A program made the position numbers and the translations under genes. From positions 160,001 through 224,000 of the forward strand of contig CAWDYC010000007.1 of the NCBI GenBank assembly GCA_963806535.1: 64,000 bases of DNA, written 5' to 3'. The notes beneath the pieces are model-generated. The model was not told the DNA's origin. It saw only the letters and a list, made by a program, of their open reading frames with translations, and did not search any database. This DNA is from Candidatus Bathyarchaeota archaeon (GTDB lineage Archaea > Thermoproteota > Bathyarchaeia > Bathyarchaeales > Bathycorpusculaceae). This document shows positions 31,767 to 41,881 of the stretch, piece after piece (positions within the stretch are counted from its first letter, which is position 1; every line of letters starts with the position of its first letter).

Positions 31767-32678
31767 TGAAACAATTCCTTTAATGGGATTTTATATTCAC
31801 CTAGTTTACCGCCGTAGTTACCAGCGGAAACCTTCACTACACCATCGATGCTTAAAACGGCTTCGATACCAACTTTAGTAGCTTTTTTAACTACGTCTAA
31901 TGAGACACCATCATAGACTATTTCCGCTATGTACTCCACTCCTTCGGGAACAAGAGATTCTTTGCCAAGCCGTTTCTTAAGAGAAGGACAATAAAGATGA
32001 TTGGTTGTTGGACCGATCTTGGGAAAATGCGTTTCTGGCTTAGAGCCTGCAGAGCACACATCAAATGGCGTAACAACACCCTCGACATTGTGAATTGCGG
32101 CTAAGGCTTTTTCTCCTGCCAAGTTTCAGAGCTTGTTTGTTTCTGCACATAACCCAGAAGTTGCCGCCCATAACGCCCTCGACCATAACCAAGATAACGC
32201 TCAATAATGAAATCTGGAACCATCAAGGGAACAACGATGACTTCTCGTTCATGACGTGTTTCAATCCATTCATAACCATCGCCACAGTGACCAACAGTCT
32301 CCATCATATCTAATTTGCCTTCAGCATTTGGCAACGCATCGTAAACAGCGGTGAAAGGCTTAACCAAGAATGTCTTGGCGGATGCGGTAGGAAAGTTCAG
32401 TTTCAAACTTTTTTAGCGATTGCTCGAAGGTTTTTTTCGGGTTTATTTCTCCCCAGAACTGCAGTATTGCACCTGACGTTTGTCAATCGTTTCCTGCTGG
32501 AAACAGATATTTTTCCACTCCGCCTTCGGTTCTGCCGATAACAACAGATGGCGTCGCGGTTGAGTCTTCAGCAGCTTTTCGTAATGTTTCGTCATTTTCT
32601 GCCGTAATGATTACTCTGCAGAAGAGCCCAGTGAACGCTTCAGCGAAACGTATCTTCAATTTCTGCTTTTTTTGGCAT
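31763..32678 (-). CDS. formylmethanofuran:H4MPT formyltransferase paralogue (EhaS/Ftr-II type; several indels)
   Basis: Reconstructed [59 protein letters not shown] and [10 protein letters not shown]; TAATG overlap with the upstream gene. Confidence 0.88.
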
Positions 32679-33762
32679 TATCCAAGTCTCCCAATGGCTA
32701 CTCCTCGAACTTTTTTTCTAAATTCGCTACTTTCTTTGGCGACTGATTCCATATTTTGAGCTGTTACTATTTGAGCTTTAGGCAAAGCATTAGGATACAC
32801 AGCTGAAAGCTGTTTAAGCAAAACAGGATCCACTTCGCTATATTCGAGTGCTGGAAAACCCCAAGACTGCAGAGCGTTGATTGCAACTTCTTTCCCAAAC
32901 TTAGAGAACAAATCTGCAATAACTGCAGTTACCAGGTTGCTTTCTGAGAGAACAGCCACTTCTGCATTCTTGACTGCATAGCTGTTACCGTTGAAAGATA
33001 CTGTTAAGCCGCCGTTGTCACGGACCAGTTTGAAGGCTTCAACATCTGTTATGCTGTCGCCTACATACATTACATCTGCTAAATCTGCGCCCAAACGCTT
33101 CACCACATCTCGGATTGCCTCAGCTTTTTGTTCCCCGCCAACCGTCACCACATCAATTAGGAATTTTCCAACAAACATTCTTGGGAATTTCGCTCCAGAA
33201 AATCTCGTCCAAACGCTGAATAACAGCTTGGTCACTGTGCGAAAAATCTTCAATTGCTCGTTGCAGCTTTGGGAATTTCAATTAAATGCATTTGTGAGAT
33301 TTCTTGAGCAATTTTTCTTAGTTGGTCTTTTTCTTGCGGAGTGATAGCGCATTTGTCGAGGCTGACTTTGGTGCAGTACGTGTTTTTGTATGGGAATTCG
33401 ATGGCTTTGCAAAGGGCTTTGATATAGTGTTGGTAACTGGTGCTGACAATGAAAGCTTCAGCTATGGCTTGCACGTGGTGCAGGGTGTTTCTGCTGTTAG
33501 CGATTAAAATAATGTTGTTCTCGGAAAACGCATCCATCTGCCTATCAGTTACACCGTACGCTTTAAAGAAAGGCAAAATAAGCTTCAAAGTGCTTCCTGC
33601 AGAGTAACCGGGTTTTCGCAGAATATCTGCCAGCACATCATCATATTTGCTGATGTTAGCGAAAAGTGCGTCGCCGTTTGGAATAAAATTTGCAGCTAAC
33701 TCAAACGCGTTGTCGTTTTTTGAGATTGGTCCTTCACAGTCAGATATGAAGATGCGCTTCAC
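32678..33762 (-). CDS. HAD-like hydrolase, EhaR/COG4030 type (frameshift near 33255)
   Basis: FISDCEGPISKNDNAFEL, ISKYDD, IVSTSY, YVGDSITD and SFNGN; GTGA overlap with the purD stop. Confidence 0.85.
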
Positions 33763-35174
33763 ACTTTGTGCCTCAAATTCTCCATGTGTTTTACGCTTTT
33801 TGCAATGTGCTGTTTTGAGGCGATGTCTGTTCGGTTCCATAATGCGCCGCCTGTTATTGCTTTGGCGCCTTCTTGGCTGATTTGGCGGGCTTCCTCAATG
33901 CTTTTGCCGATGCCTAAAATTCCTATTGCACGAGATTTTAAGGCGTAGTTTTTGCCGTTTTTTGTTTCCATTGAACCGGGGTAAATTCGGATGTTTTTGC
34001 CGTATTTTTTGGTTAATGCGTAAGCTTTTGAGAGGTCAACTGGCGAGTTAAGTGCTGATTTGTCGACTTGTCTGGGGAACACTTCTGCGTAGCCGCCATA
34101 GTCGGGCGGAACCTTGTAGGTTAAGACTGATGCTGCCTTTTCCAATTCGACAGTTGCCAAATTTCCTTCAATCATTCGGAAGCATAAGTCGACAAAGTCG
34201 CCTTTGATTAGATGCAAGAAGGTTAATTATTTCTGGGTCTCCAGGTCGACTGTTGTTTTCGAGAACTTTGATGCCCTTGCCAGTGTGCATAAATGCTAAG
34301 TAAAGAGGTACACCTCTTAGCGCGGAGGCATCTTTGATTTTTGCGCTCCAACCCTTGAAAATTTTGTTAGCTAACAAAAGCTCCTGTTCACGTTCTGCGG
34401 CGGTCAAGAAAGGTAATTTGTCGTCAGTGTCTTTGTATGAGCCCATTCCGCCTGTGTTTGGACCTTTATCATCGTCGAAAGCGCGTTTGTAGTCACGTGT
34501 ATCGGGCAACGGAATGAAGTGTTTGCCGTCGCAGAAAGCCATGAAACTTGATTCTTCTCCGTCAATCTTTTCCTCAATAATGACTGAGCCATATTGGAAG
34601 TTGGACATGAAATGCTCAAAAAGTTGTTCTCGATTGGCAAAGTGGTCTCCCCAGACGCCAACACCTTTTCCCAGAGCGGGCTTATCGGGCTTAACTACAG
34701 CCTGATTATCTAATTCATCTAGCCAACGGTAAACATCGGCTTTAACGTCTGCAGCCTTTGTAATCGGCTGGGTTAAAAACTTTGAAGCGTGGATTAGCTT
34801 CTGGTGCAATCTCATCAAAAAGCACTCGCTGCTCAACTTTGCTGACTTCTATAGCGTACTGTTGCTTTGGACAAATAACAGGTATACCTGTGCGTTTCTC
34901 AACTTGGTCGCGGACGCCTTCAATTATGGGTTTTTCTGAGCCGACTAAAGCAAAACTGATTTTGTCTCTTGTTTGCCTCTGCGAATTTGCAGATTTCCTC
35001 CACATCCAAGTTCGGGATGACAACGTGTTTGGCAGCTTTTTCCGCGTTGAATGGGTTGCGTTGTTTGTCAGCGATGTAGAGTTCAACTTGATATTTTTTG
35101 CTTTGCAGAAGCGCATCAACCATAGCGACTTCTCTTGCACCATAAGAAACAACCAGTACACCTATTTTTTCCAT
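33759..35174 (-). CDS. purD: phosphoribosylamine-glycine ligase (several frameshifts)
   Basis: SYGARE, LGKGV, IEEKIDGEE, DYKRAFDDDKGPNTGGMGSY and NSRPGDPE. Confidence 0.93.
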
Positions 35175-35235
35175 TAGAGACACACCCTTATGCAAAGAAA
35201 ATAGAAGGGTTGCTTAATTTGCTTTGCCACCGCAG

Positions 35236-36718
35236 TTACGGCTGAACTTCTTCCGACTCATAGATTCTTGATTTTTCTTGATATCCAGCTAAGAATCTTT
35301 GTTTCATTGCGTCAGCCATTTTTTGTGCGCAAGGCGTTGGATACTCTCCGTTGATGCAGGCTAAGCAAAGTTGGTCTTTTGTTTGACCTGTTGCTTTCAC
35401 TAATGCTTCAATGGATTGGTAGCATACGCCGTCTGCACCTATGATTTTAGCTATTCCTTCTGCATCATGTCTTGAACCGACAAGTTGCCCATACGTTGAC
35501 ATGTCAATTCCGTATAAGCATGGACCGATAATTCGTGGAAAAGTAACAAAGACGTAGACTTTTTTGGCGCCTGCCTTTCGCAATTTATCAATTATTACTT
35601 TGGTTGTGTCTCCTCTAACTATGCTGTCTTCAGTTACGATAACTCGTTTTCCATCAACTTTGGAGCCTAAAATGTTAATTTTCTTATCAATAGTGGAAAA
35701 GCGCTCGACGTTTAGCAGAATGAAAGCTCGCTCTGTAACATAGCGGTGCCGTCTTGACGCCCGTTCCCATCTCAAACCAGACGCTTCATGAACACCCATC
35801 GCTGAGTCGTCTCCTGTTTCAGGCACTGAAAGAATAATGTCACTTTCCTTTACGACTTCAGGATTTTCTTTTACGATGTTTCTTCCGAAATCTTCTCGAA
35901 TTTCATAAACGTATTTGCCGTTGAACCTTGAATCAGGCCTTGCAAAATAAGCATATTCAAAAGCGCAGAAAGCTGGGCGAGGATTTTGTATAATTTGGAT
36001 GCGTTTGAAGCCGTCTTTTGAAACGGTTACGAGTTCGCCTGGTTTTAATTCAAAATCTCTTACAAAACTGTTCATGTCCAAGCCTACAGTTTCAGAGGAA
36101 AAAGCAAAAGTTTTAGCAACTGGGTCATGCCCAGCGCATAACGGTTTTATTCCATGTGGGTCTTTGAAAGCGAAAAAGTCGCCTTCTCCAGTTATGCCTG
36201 TTACGGAGAATGCGCCGTCTAAACTTTCCATAACCTCTTTGGCTGCAGACGGCAGGTCTTTGCCTTGTTTTAGGGCTAAGAGCATTTTGTTACATACAAT
36301 GTCAGAATCGCAGCTGTAAGTAAAATCTGGAAAGTTTTGAGTACATTTCTTTTTTCAGCGGCAGGGTGTTAACGATGTTGCCGTTAAATGAGAGAGCAAG
36401 TTTTATGCCATTTACTTGGGCAACGACTGGTTGGGTGCCCTCTATTATGGAGACATCGTCGCATTTGCCTGAGGTTGTGTACCTTACGTTGCCGATGCCT
36501 ATTGATCCAGGCAGACGGCCAAACCATTCTTTTATGGCGTCATTTTTTACTTTAGGAACTAAATCCAAGTTTTTGTAGGTAAAAAATTGTTTATCACTAT
36601 AAGTAAGAAATCCGTGCGATTGGTGCCCTCGATGGTTTTGAGCACGTAACCCCCAATAAACATATGGAAAGACAGGTTGATTTTCATAGTTTATTGCGCC
36701 AAAGATACCACAGCCCAT
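35236..36718 (-). CDS. purF: amidophosphoribosyltransferase (frameshift near 36320)
   Basis: MGCGIFG, NHRG, GNVRYTT, CAFEYAYFARPDS, DSIVRGDT, PCLYGID and LCLAC. Confidence 0.95.
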
Positions 36719-36965
36719 TTTGGTTCCTTCCCGCGTAATTATGCATGTACTTACAGAAGGGGTTTATCAGCTTTTTGTACATATTTTAGCTAAAAACATG
36801 GGATTTTTGACATAATACAACTTAAACTACAAGAAAAGAATCTTGCACAATTTGAAAAGTATTTAGCTATCGAAAACTTCCGCTTTTGTTTAAGTTTGTT
36901 AATTTTTTTGTTTTGCTGATTTCGTTGATAAAACAGGGACAGAATTTTGGATTTAATTTAGAAAG

Positions 36966-37058
36966 TAGAACAACAACAGTTGGTGTTAGCATTGGGTGTT
37001 GTTCTTCTCTGAAAGAAGAAGGACGGCTGGAAATAGCACTGTCCTCCTTCTTCTCTGC
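36966..37058. repeat. dispersed double-hairpin repeat, copy 3
   Basis: Hairpins AGAACAACA..TGTTGTTCT and AGAAGAAGGA..TCCTCCTTCTTCT; homologous to copies 1 and 2. Confidence 0.78.
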
Positions 37059-37075
37059 GTGGAAAAGAGTCGTTG

Positions 37076-37474
37076 TTATTTTTGCTTGTATTCGAGTATG
37101 CCGAAGTGGTTGCCTTCAGGATCCAGCGCCAGCGCCCACCAGCCTAAGCCTGGAATCTCCATCTTTGGCACAACAATTTTGCCGCCTAAAGCCTCAATTT
37201 TCTTGCTGTATTCTTCAACTGATTCAACCGAAATATAGTTTGTTGGCTTAGCCATATCAGGCATTGAAGAGTCTTTTCTCAGGTATAATCCGCCGTTTAC
37301 TCCAGGACGAATAGGCATCATTGTTTTTTCATCCACAGGAACGGTTCCTAACAAATAATATTCGGTTGGTCCAGGGTATTTTTCTATTGTCCAGCCAAAC
37401 AAATCACCATAGAATTTCTTCAGTTTTTCTGCATCGTTGGCTGGAATTTCAAAATGCACAATTGTATGATCCAA
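37076..37474 (-). CDS. VOC/glyoxalase-family protein
   Basis: IVHFEIPAND..KFYGDLFGW and DPEGNHFGI. Confidence 0.9.
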   Translation of the reverse strand: MDHTIVHFEIPANDAEKLKKFYGDLFGWTIEKYPGPTEYYLLGTVPVDEKTMMPIRPGVNGGLYLRKDSSMPDMAKPTNYISVESVEEYSKKIEALGGKIVVPKMEIPGLGWWALALDPEGNHFGILEYKQK

Positions 37475-37745
37475 AAAATCACCACTAATTCAATTCTAAG
37501 CGAAAATAAAAAGTTTAAGGATCGCCTCTTCCGAGGAGAATCCATTAATTTATTGTTGATTAAGCTTGCTGCACCATTACAATGATTTTATTTTAAGTAT
37601 CTTCCTTGTTCAGCCAAAAGTACTTTGCCAACGGTATTTGTGGCCCAGAAAGGTGGAGTTGGGGTAGCACATGTCTTGCTTTTCTCACCTGCTTATCTAA
37701 TGGTGCATGATCTATCGTGGGAACTAATAGAACTGCGGGTTAGAC

Positions 37746-37781
37746 GCATTCATCCTGCCGCTAACGCGGCAGGTATTCTGC
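37746..37781. mobile_element. IS200/IS605-family end-like hairpin remnant
   Basis: GCATTCATCCTGCCGCTAACGCGGCAGGTATTCTGC, with a perfect stem CCTGCCGC/GCGGCAGG in the TTCATCC..TATTC context typical of these ends; no tnpA/tnpB nearby. Confidence 0.5.
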
Positions 37782-37873
37782 TAGGTTTTTTATAAAAACC
37801 TGATTGAAGCTTAAATTTTATAATTCAAACTGAATGCAGAATCGAAATAAAAAATTAAAGAAGAAAAGAAAAT

Positions 37874-37984
37874 TTATAGTTGCCATTTCTCAATGAGATA
37901 CTTGGGTATCTCACTAATGTCTCGCGGACCAACGAGGACTTTCCAGCCGCTGAGTTCTTCGATTTCGCCGCTGATGCGCGCTGC
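37874..37984 (-). repeat. diverged duplicate of the cdhE 3' end
   Basis: Aligns with 39205-39315; encodes ARISGEIEELSGWKVLVGPRDISEIPKYLIEKWQL*. Confidence 0.9.
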
Positions 37985-37986
37985 GA

Positions 37987-38003
37987 ACGTACGTCCCATA
38001 AGT
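37987..38003. repeat. 17-bp palindromic motif just beyond the ATPase stop
   Basis: ACGTACGTCCCATAAGT, 2 mismatches to 39089-39105. Confidence 0.65.
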
Positions 38004-38005
38004 AC

Positions 38006-39085
38006 TTACACCCTTTCCGCGCCTGCTAGGAGCAGCGAGCGAAGCATCGGGTCTTCAACGCGATACCGCCCTTTTTCTTCATGAATTAACATGCCAGCTC
38101 TAAGGTTCTTGATTATTCTGGCAACAGTAGAATCATTAACTATTGCGCCCTTAGCCAAGCACACGGCAGTCTTAATTTCTGTCCAACTAGATGGTTTGAC
38201 CATTTGCTTAAGCGCTGCAAGGTACGCTGAACGGTCTCGGTTCTGGAAGAAATGGTCAAGCTCATCAGCAACAACTCGAGAGGCTTCTACAATAGTTTCC
38301 TCAATGGCTCGTTCATATGGAAGACGTTGAACACACACCTTATTTCCGTATAGAGTTAGCCATCCTGGAATACCGTCTAAGCATTCAACCGCATTGTTTA
38401 TCCTAGAGCTGGAAATTTCAAATGCACATTGAGAGAATCCTTTCTTAAGAAATTCCTTGGATTGCTCTTCAATAAAGGGATGTACTTCTAAGATGGCGGG
38501 CGAACGACCATAAAGGGGCGAGGTGGAATCAGGCTCTAAAAGTGTTTTCATTAAACCAAATATCGACCCTGTAAAAACAAATGTTAAATTGCTGTGAGTA
38601 TTGAATAAGTTTGCTAAAATTCTCAGTAAACGCCCAGAAATGGGAGCGAGTTCCTGAACTTCATCGAGTTCGATTACGTATTGCTCCTTTTGCCTTCCCA
38701 AAGCATCAAGCAAGTCCCAAAGAGTTGCCATTGGTTTTTTAGATAGAGTAATACTTATTCCGTTTGAGCCAAAGGTTGCACCATCAATGCGTACATTTTT
38801 GATTTTAGCAATAATACTTTTTTCTTCATTCAATGCTCGGGCTAAGGCGCTAAGAAAGTCATTTGTTCCTTTTGCCCCCCAAAGGTTAACATAAACGACT
38901 TTTATGTTTTGACGCATTAAAGTGGCGCCGACGGCTTTTAGTAAACTTGTTTTGCCAACCATTCTTGGACCTTGGACGGCAACCCATCTTTTTGCCTGTA
39001 ATAAGCGAACAAGGGTTGCGAGTTCTTGGTCGCGACCAAAAAGTTCTTTTGGTGATTCCTTTGGTTTTAAGTCAAACAACGACAT
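38006..39085 (-). CDS. archaeal AAA-type ATPase with C-terminal wHTH (ATPase_2-like)
   Basis: MSLFDLKPK..LFGRDQE, GPRMVGKTS, IELDEVQEL, VFTGS, SPLYGR, LDGIPGWL and YRVEDPM. Confidence 0.9.
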   Translation of the reverse strand: MSLFDLKPKESPKELFGRDQELATLVRLLQAKRWVAVQGPRMVGKTSLLKAVGATLMRQNIKVVYVNLWGAKGTNDFLSALARALNEEKSIIAKIKNVRIDGATFGSNGISITLSKKPMATLWDLLDALGRQKEQYVIELDEVQELAPISGRLLRILANLFNTHSNLTFVFTGSIFGLMKTLLEPDSTSPLYGRSPAILEVHPFIEEQSKEFLKKGFSQCAFEISSSRINNAVECLDGIPGWLTLYGNKVCVQRLPYERAIEETIVEASRVVADELDHFFQNRDRSAYLAALKQMVKPSSWTEIKTAVCLAKGAIVNDSTVARIIKNLRAGMLIHEEKGRYRVEDPMLRSLLLAGAERV

Positions 39086-39088
39086 TTT

Positions 39089-39123
39089 ACTTACGCCCCA
39101 TAAGTTACTTATGCCCCGTAAGT
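39089..39123. repeat. tandem 17-bp palindromic motifs immediately before the ATPase start
   Basis: ACTTACGCCCCATAAGT (39089-39105) and ACTTATGCCCCGTAAGT (39107-39123). Confidence 0.8.
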
Positions 39124-39204
39124 AAAAAGCATTACTCCAAAATCCACAGTAAAGGTAATTTTCCAAAAATATTGAAAAATATTAAAAAGAAGAAAGGGTA
39201 TGGC

Positions 39205-40640
39205 TTATGGTTGCCATTTCTCTATGAGATACTTGGGTATCTCACTGCTGTCTCGTGGTCCAACCAGGACTTTCCAGCCGCTGAGTTCTTCGATTTCGCC
39301 GCTGATTCGTGATGCTTTGCCTGGGATGATGATTTTGCGGTGTTTGACTTTGCTTTCGATGCCTGATGCTTTGATTGCGTCTGCGACTCGTTCTGCTGTT
39401 AGTTTGCGTCCTGCGACTCCGCTGTCGATTGCTGAGCCTTCTGTTTCGACTACGATTAGGTATGCGTTGAGTTTGTTGCTTTCTATGTCTGAGGCTACTG
39501 TGTAGTAGGTTAATGCAAAGTTTGTTGTGAACATTACTGGTGAGTTTTCGTCTGGTGTGCCGTACACTTTGAGTCCTGGAGCAACTGCGACTGGTTTGCG
39601 TGGGTCAGTGTAGATGTTTTGGCGTAGCACTGTTGTTGGTAGTAGTGCCCATCCGTCGTCGCCGTGCATTACAAGTACATCTGCGTAGCGGACAACAAGC
39701 ATTGAGGCTATGTATGCTTCTCGCCATTTGATCAGGTCTTCAGCTGTTTCGCCTTTGTCTACCCAAGCAACCATTGGTACACCCAACAAGGGTAAGCCAG
39801 CTAGTTCTTCGCCGCCTTTGGTTGCTGCTCTGCGCAGCATTGTGAAGTTGTTTATTGTGTCTGCTAAGCCTTCGTTTATGAATGTGCCTGGGTCTAAGAA
39901 CTATGTCTTTTACGCCGTAAGTCATCAGGGTTTTTGCAAGGAAACAAGTGCGGTTAGGTCGTTTGGTGCAGATGCAACTAGTGGGCAATCGTACATTATG
40001 GCGAGTTCTGCCATGTCTTTCCAGTTGGTTGCAGTTTGCCGCGTAGAGTAGTGGTCTTGCTTTTGGCGCTGCCATTAAACCTGCTTCAGCTATTGCTGGG
40101 TTCAGGGTGCAAAGTATCATTGGCAGCTTGGTGGTTTCTGAAACTTTTTTGACGGCTGCTTTGAATTTGTCTGCGTCTTCTGATGTGCATCTGACAGCTA
40201 TCATGTCCAGTTTTAAGTGTGTTGCCGATGTATTCGAAGCTAAAGTTATCTGTCTTTTGTACTCGCGTGACAACTTCTTGCTCTGACATTTCGTCGGTTA
40301 CGTCGATTGCGATGGCTGTTGGGTTTTTGTATGTGAATTCATGGCGGTACATGACAAGTTTTCCGCCGATTTTCTTTGCTTTGTCGCCAACGCCAACAAT
40401 GACTTCTTTGACTGCTGGCTTTAGCAGTTCTTTGAGTTTAGCGTATGATTTCTCGTTTTCTTTCTTTAGCAGCGGTTTGCAACTGTCGAGTTCTAATTCG
40501 CGGTTGACAATTTTTGTGGCAAATGCCATGCAGTTGTCTACGCCGCATTCTTTGCAGTTAATTTTTGGAAGCAGCTTGTAAATGTCTATGGGGCTTAATT
40601 CTTTTAATCCAGCTTTCTTTTTCTCGCTCATCTCAACCAT
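39205..40640 (-). CDS. cdhE: corrinoid Fe-S protein large subunit (frameshifts)
   Basis: LPKINCKECGVDNCMAFA, LRQNIYTDPRKP and TTNFALTYYTV. Confidence 0.95.
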
Positions 40641-40645
40641 GCTCC

Positions 40646-41881
40646 TTAAGCTTTTACTGTTACCCAACTTGCGTATTTTGCTGGGTCAGCTTTTTTGCCG
40701 CTTGTCAGGTAGTTTGTGACGTCTTTGAGTGTTTTTACGGCTGCTGGGTGCATCATCATGAATAAGTCAACGCCAGCAAGCAACAGTGTAAGTGCAGTTG
40801 TTACTTCCCAAAGTGGACCTCTTAGCTCGCGTGGTTCCCATTCAGCAGACATTTTTAGCCATGCTTCACGGGCTGCCCAAGCGTTTGTTGTTCCAGAGGA
40901 CATTGGTTGTGCTAGTTCTGAGTCGCCCATTAAGCCGCCTATTCTTGCGCGTTCCATGTTTGTGAATGCGTAGTCTAAGCCGTAGCCTAATGCTGCTGTG
41001 GTTAAGTCCATAACGATGTCTTCTTTGCCAAGGTAATCGTATAGGCGCCTGTTCAGTTCGCGTGCTAGGTTCAGGTCCATTGGTGTGAATGATAATGCTG
41101 CATGACCGTTTTTCTTAACGTATTTTGCGCATCGTTCAACGTCCATGTCGCGTGTAATTGAGCTGATTAGGAAGCGTTCACCTGGGAAAGCGTTACAGAT
41201 TGCTTCGAAAACGTCTGCGTCTTTAACTGGGTCACCGCATCCACCGATTACGAGTGGAACATCAACGGCTTGCAGGATTTTTTCAACGGTTTTTACTGCG
41301 TCTTTTGGTGTAGCATCTTTGAGTAAGGGGTCAATGCTGATTAAGTGGACTGTAACCATGTCTGCGCCGAATTTTTCGACTGCAAGTTTTGCCCATGCTG
41401 CTGGGTCGCCAACGACGTCTTTAACGTGCATCTTGACGGCTTTGCTTAATGGGACTTCCATGTCGAAAACGTCAAGTGTGATTACTGGTTTGTGGGTTAT
41501 TGGTCGCTCAAAAGTGTAGAAAGCAGGAGAAACTTCTCCGCCTATGGTGAGTGATTTTCCGCGTGTGCCGCCGTCTTTTCTTGTTGCCCCAAGTGTTACT
41601 TCAGAGATTTTGTTTGGGTAAGTTTCGATTGGTGGTAGGAAAGGCACTTGTAGCATTGAAAGTGGTTTTCCGCCTGCTACTGCGCCTGGAAGCTTTAGTT
41701 TGGGCATTATTTGCCCAGCCATGCCGGGTTCAAAGATTATTTCTAAGTCTTTGACGTCCATTTGGAAGTCTTCCAGCTCGATTTGCTGGAATTTTGCGAG
41801 CGCTTCAAGTAAGTCGTCGCTTAGTTTTAGTCCTTCAACGTCTTTCTTTTTGTCTGTGTCGTTTTGGGGCGTAGAAATCAC
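40646..41881 (-). CDS. cdhD: corrinoid Fe-S protein small subunit
   Basis: TTAALGYGLDY, TNAWAAREAW, LRGPLWE and MMMHP. Confidence 0.95.
   Translation of the reverse strand: MISTPQNDTDKKKDVEGLKLSDDLLEALAKFQQIELEDFQMDVKDLEIIFEPGMAGQIMPKLKLPGAVAGGKPLSMLQVPFLPPIETYPNKISEVTLGATRKDGGTRGKSLTIGGEVSPAFYTFERPITHKPVITLDVFDMEVPLSKAVKMHVKDVVGDPAAWAKLAVEKFGADMVTVHLISIDPLLKDATPKDAVKTVEKILQAVDVPLVIGGCGDPVKDADVFEAICNAFPGERFLISSITRDMDVERCAKYVKKNGHAALSFTPMDLNLARELNRRLYDYLGKEDIVMDLTTAALGYGLDYAFTNMERARIGGLMGDSELAQPMSSGTTNAWAAREAWLKMSAEWEPRELRGPLWEVTTALTLLLAGVDLFMMMHPAAVKTLKDVTNYLTSGKKADPAKYASWVTVKA

Noticed and set aside
31763-32678. Calling the formyltransferase the canonical Wood-Ljungdahl Ftr, or inferring an Eha hydrogenase or methanogenesis
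   Set aside because: The motifs differ from canonical Ftr, the context is purine synthesis, and no hydrogenase or mcr genes are in the window.
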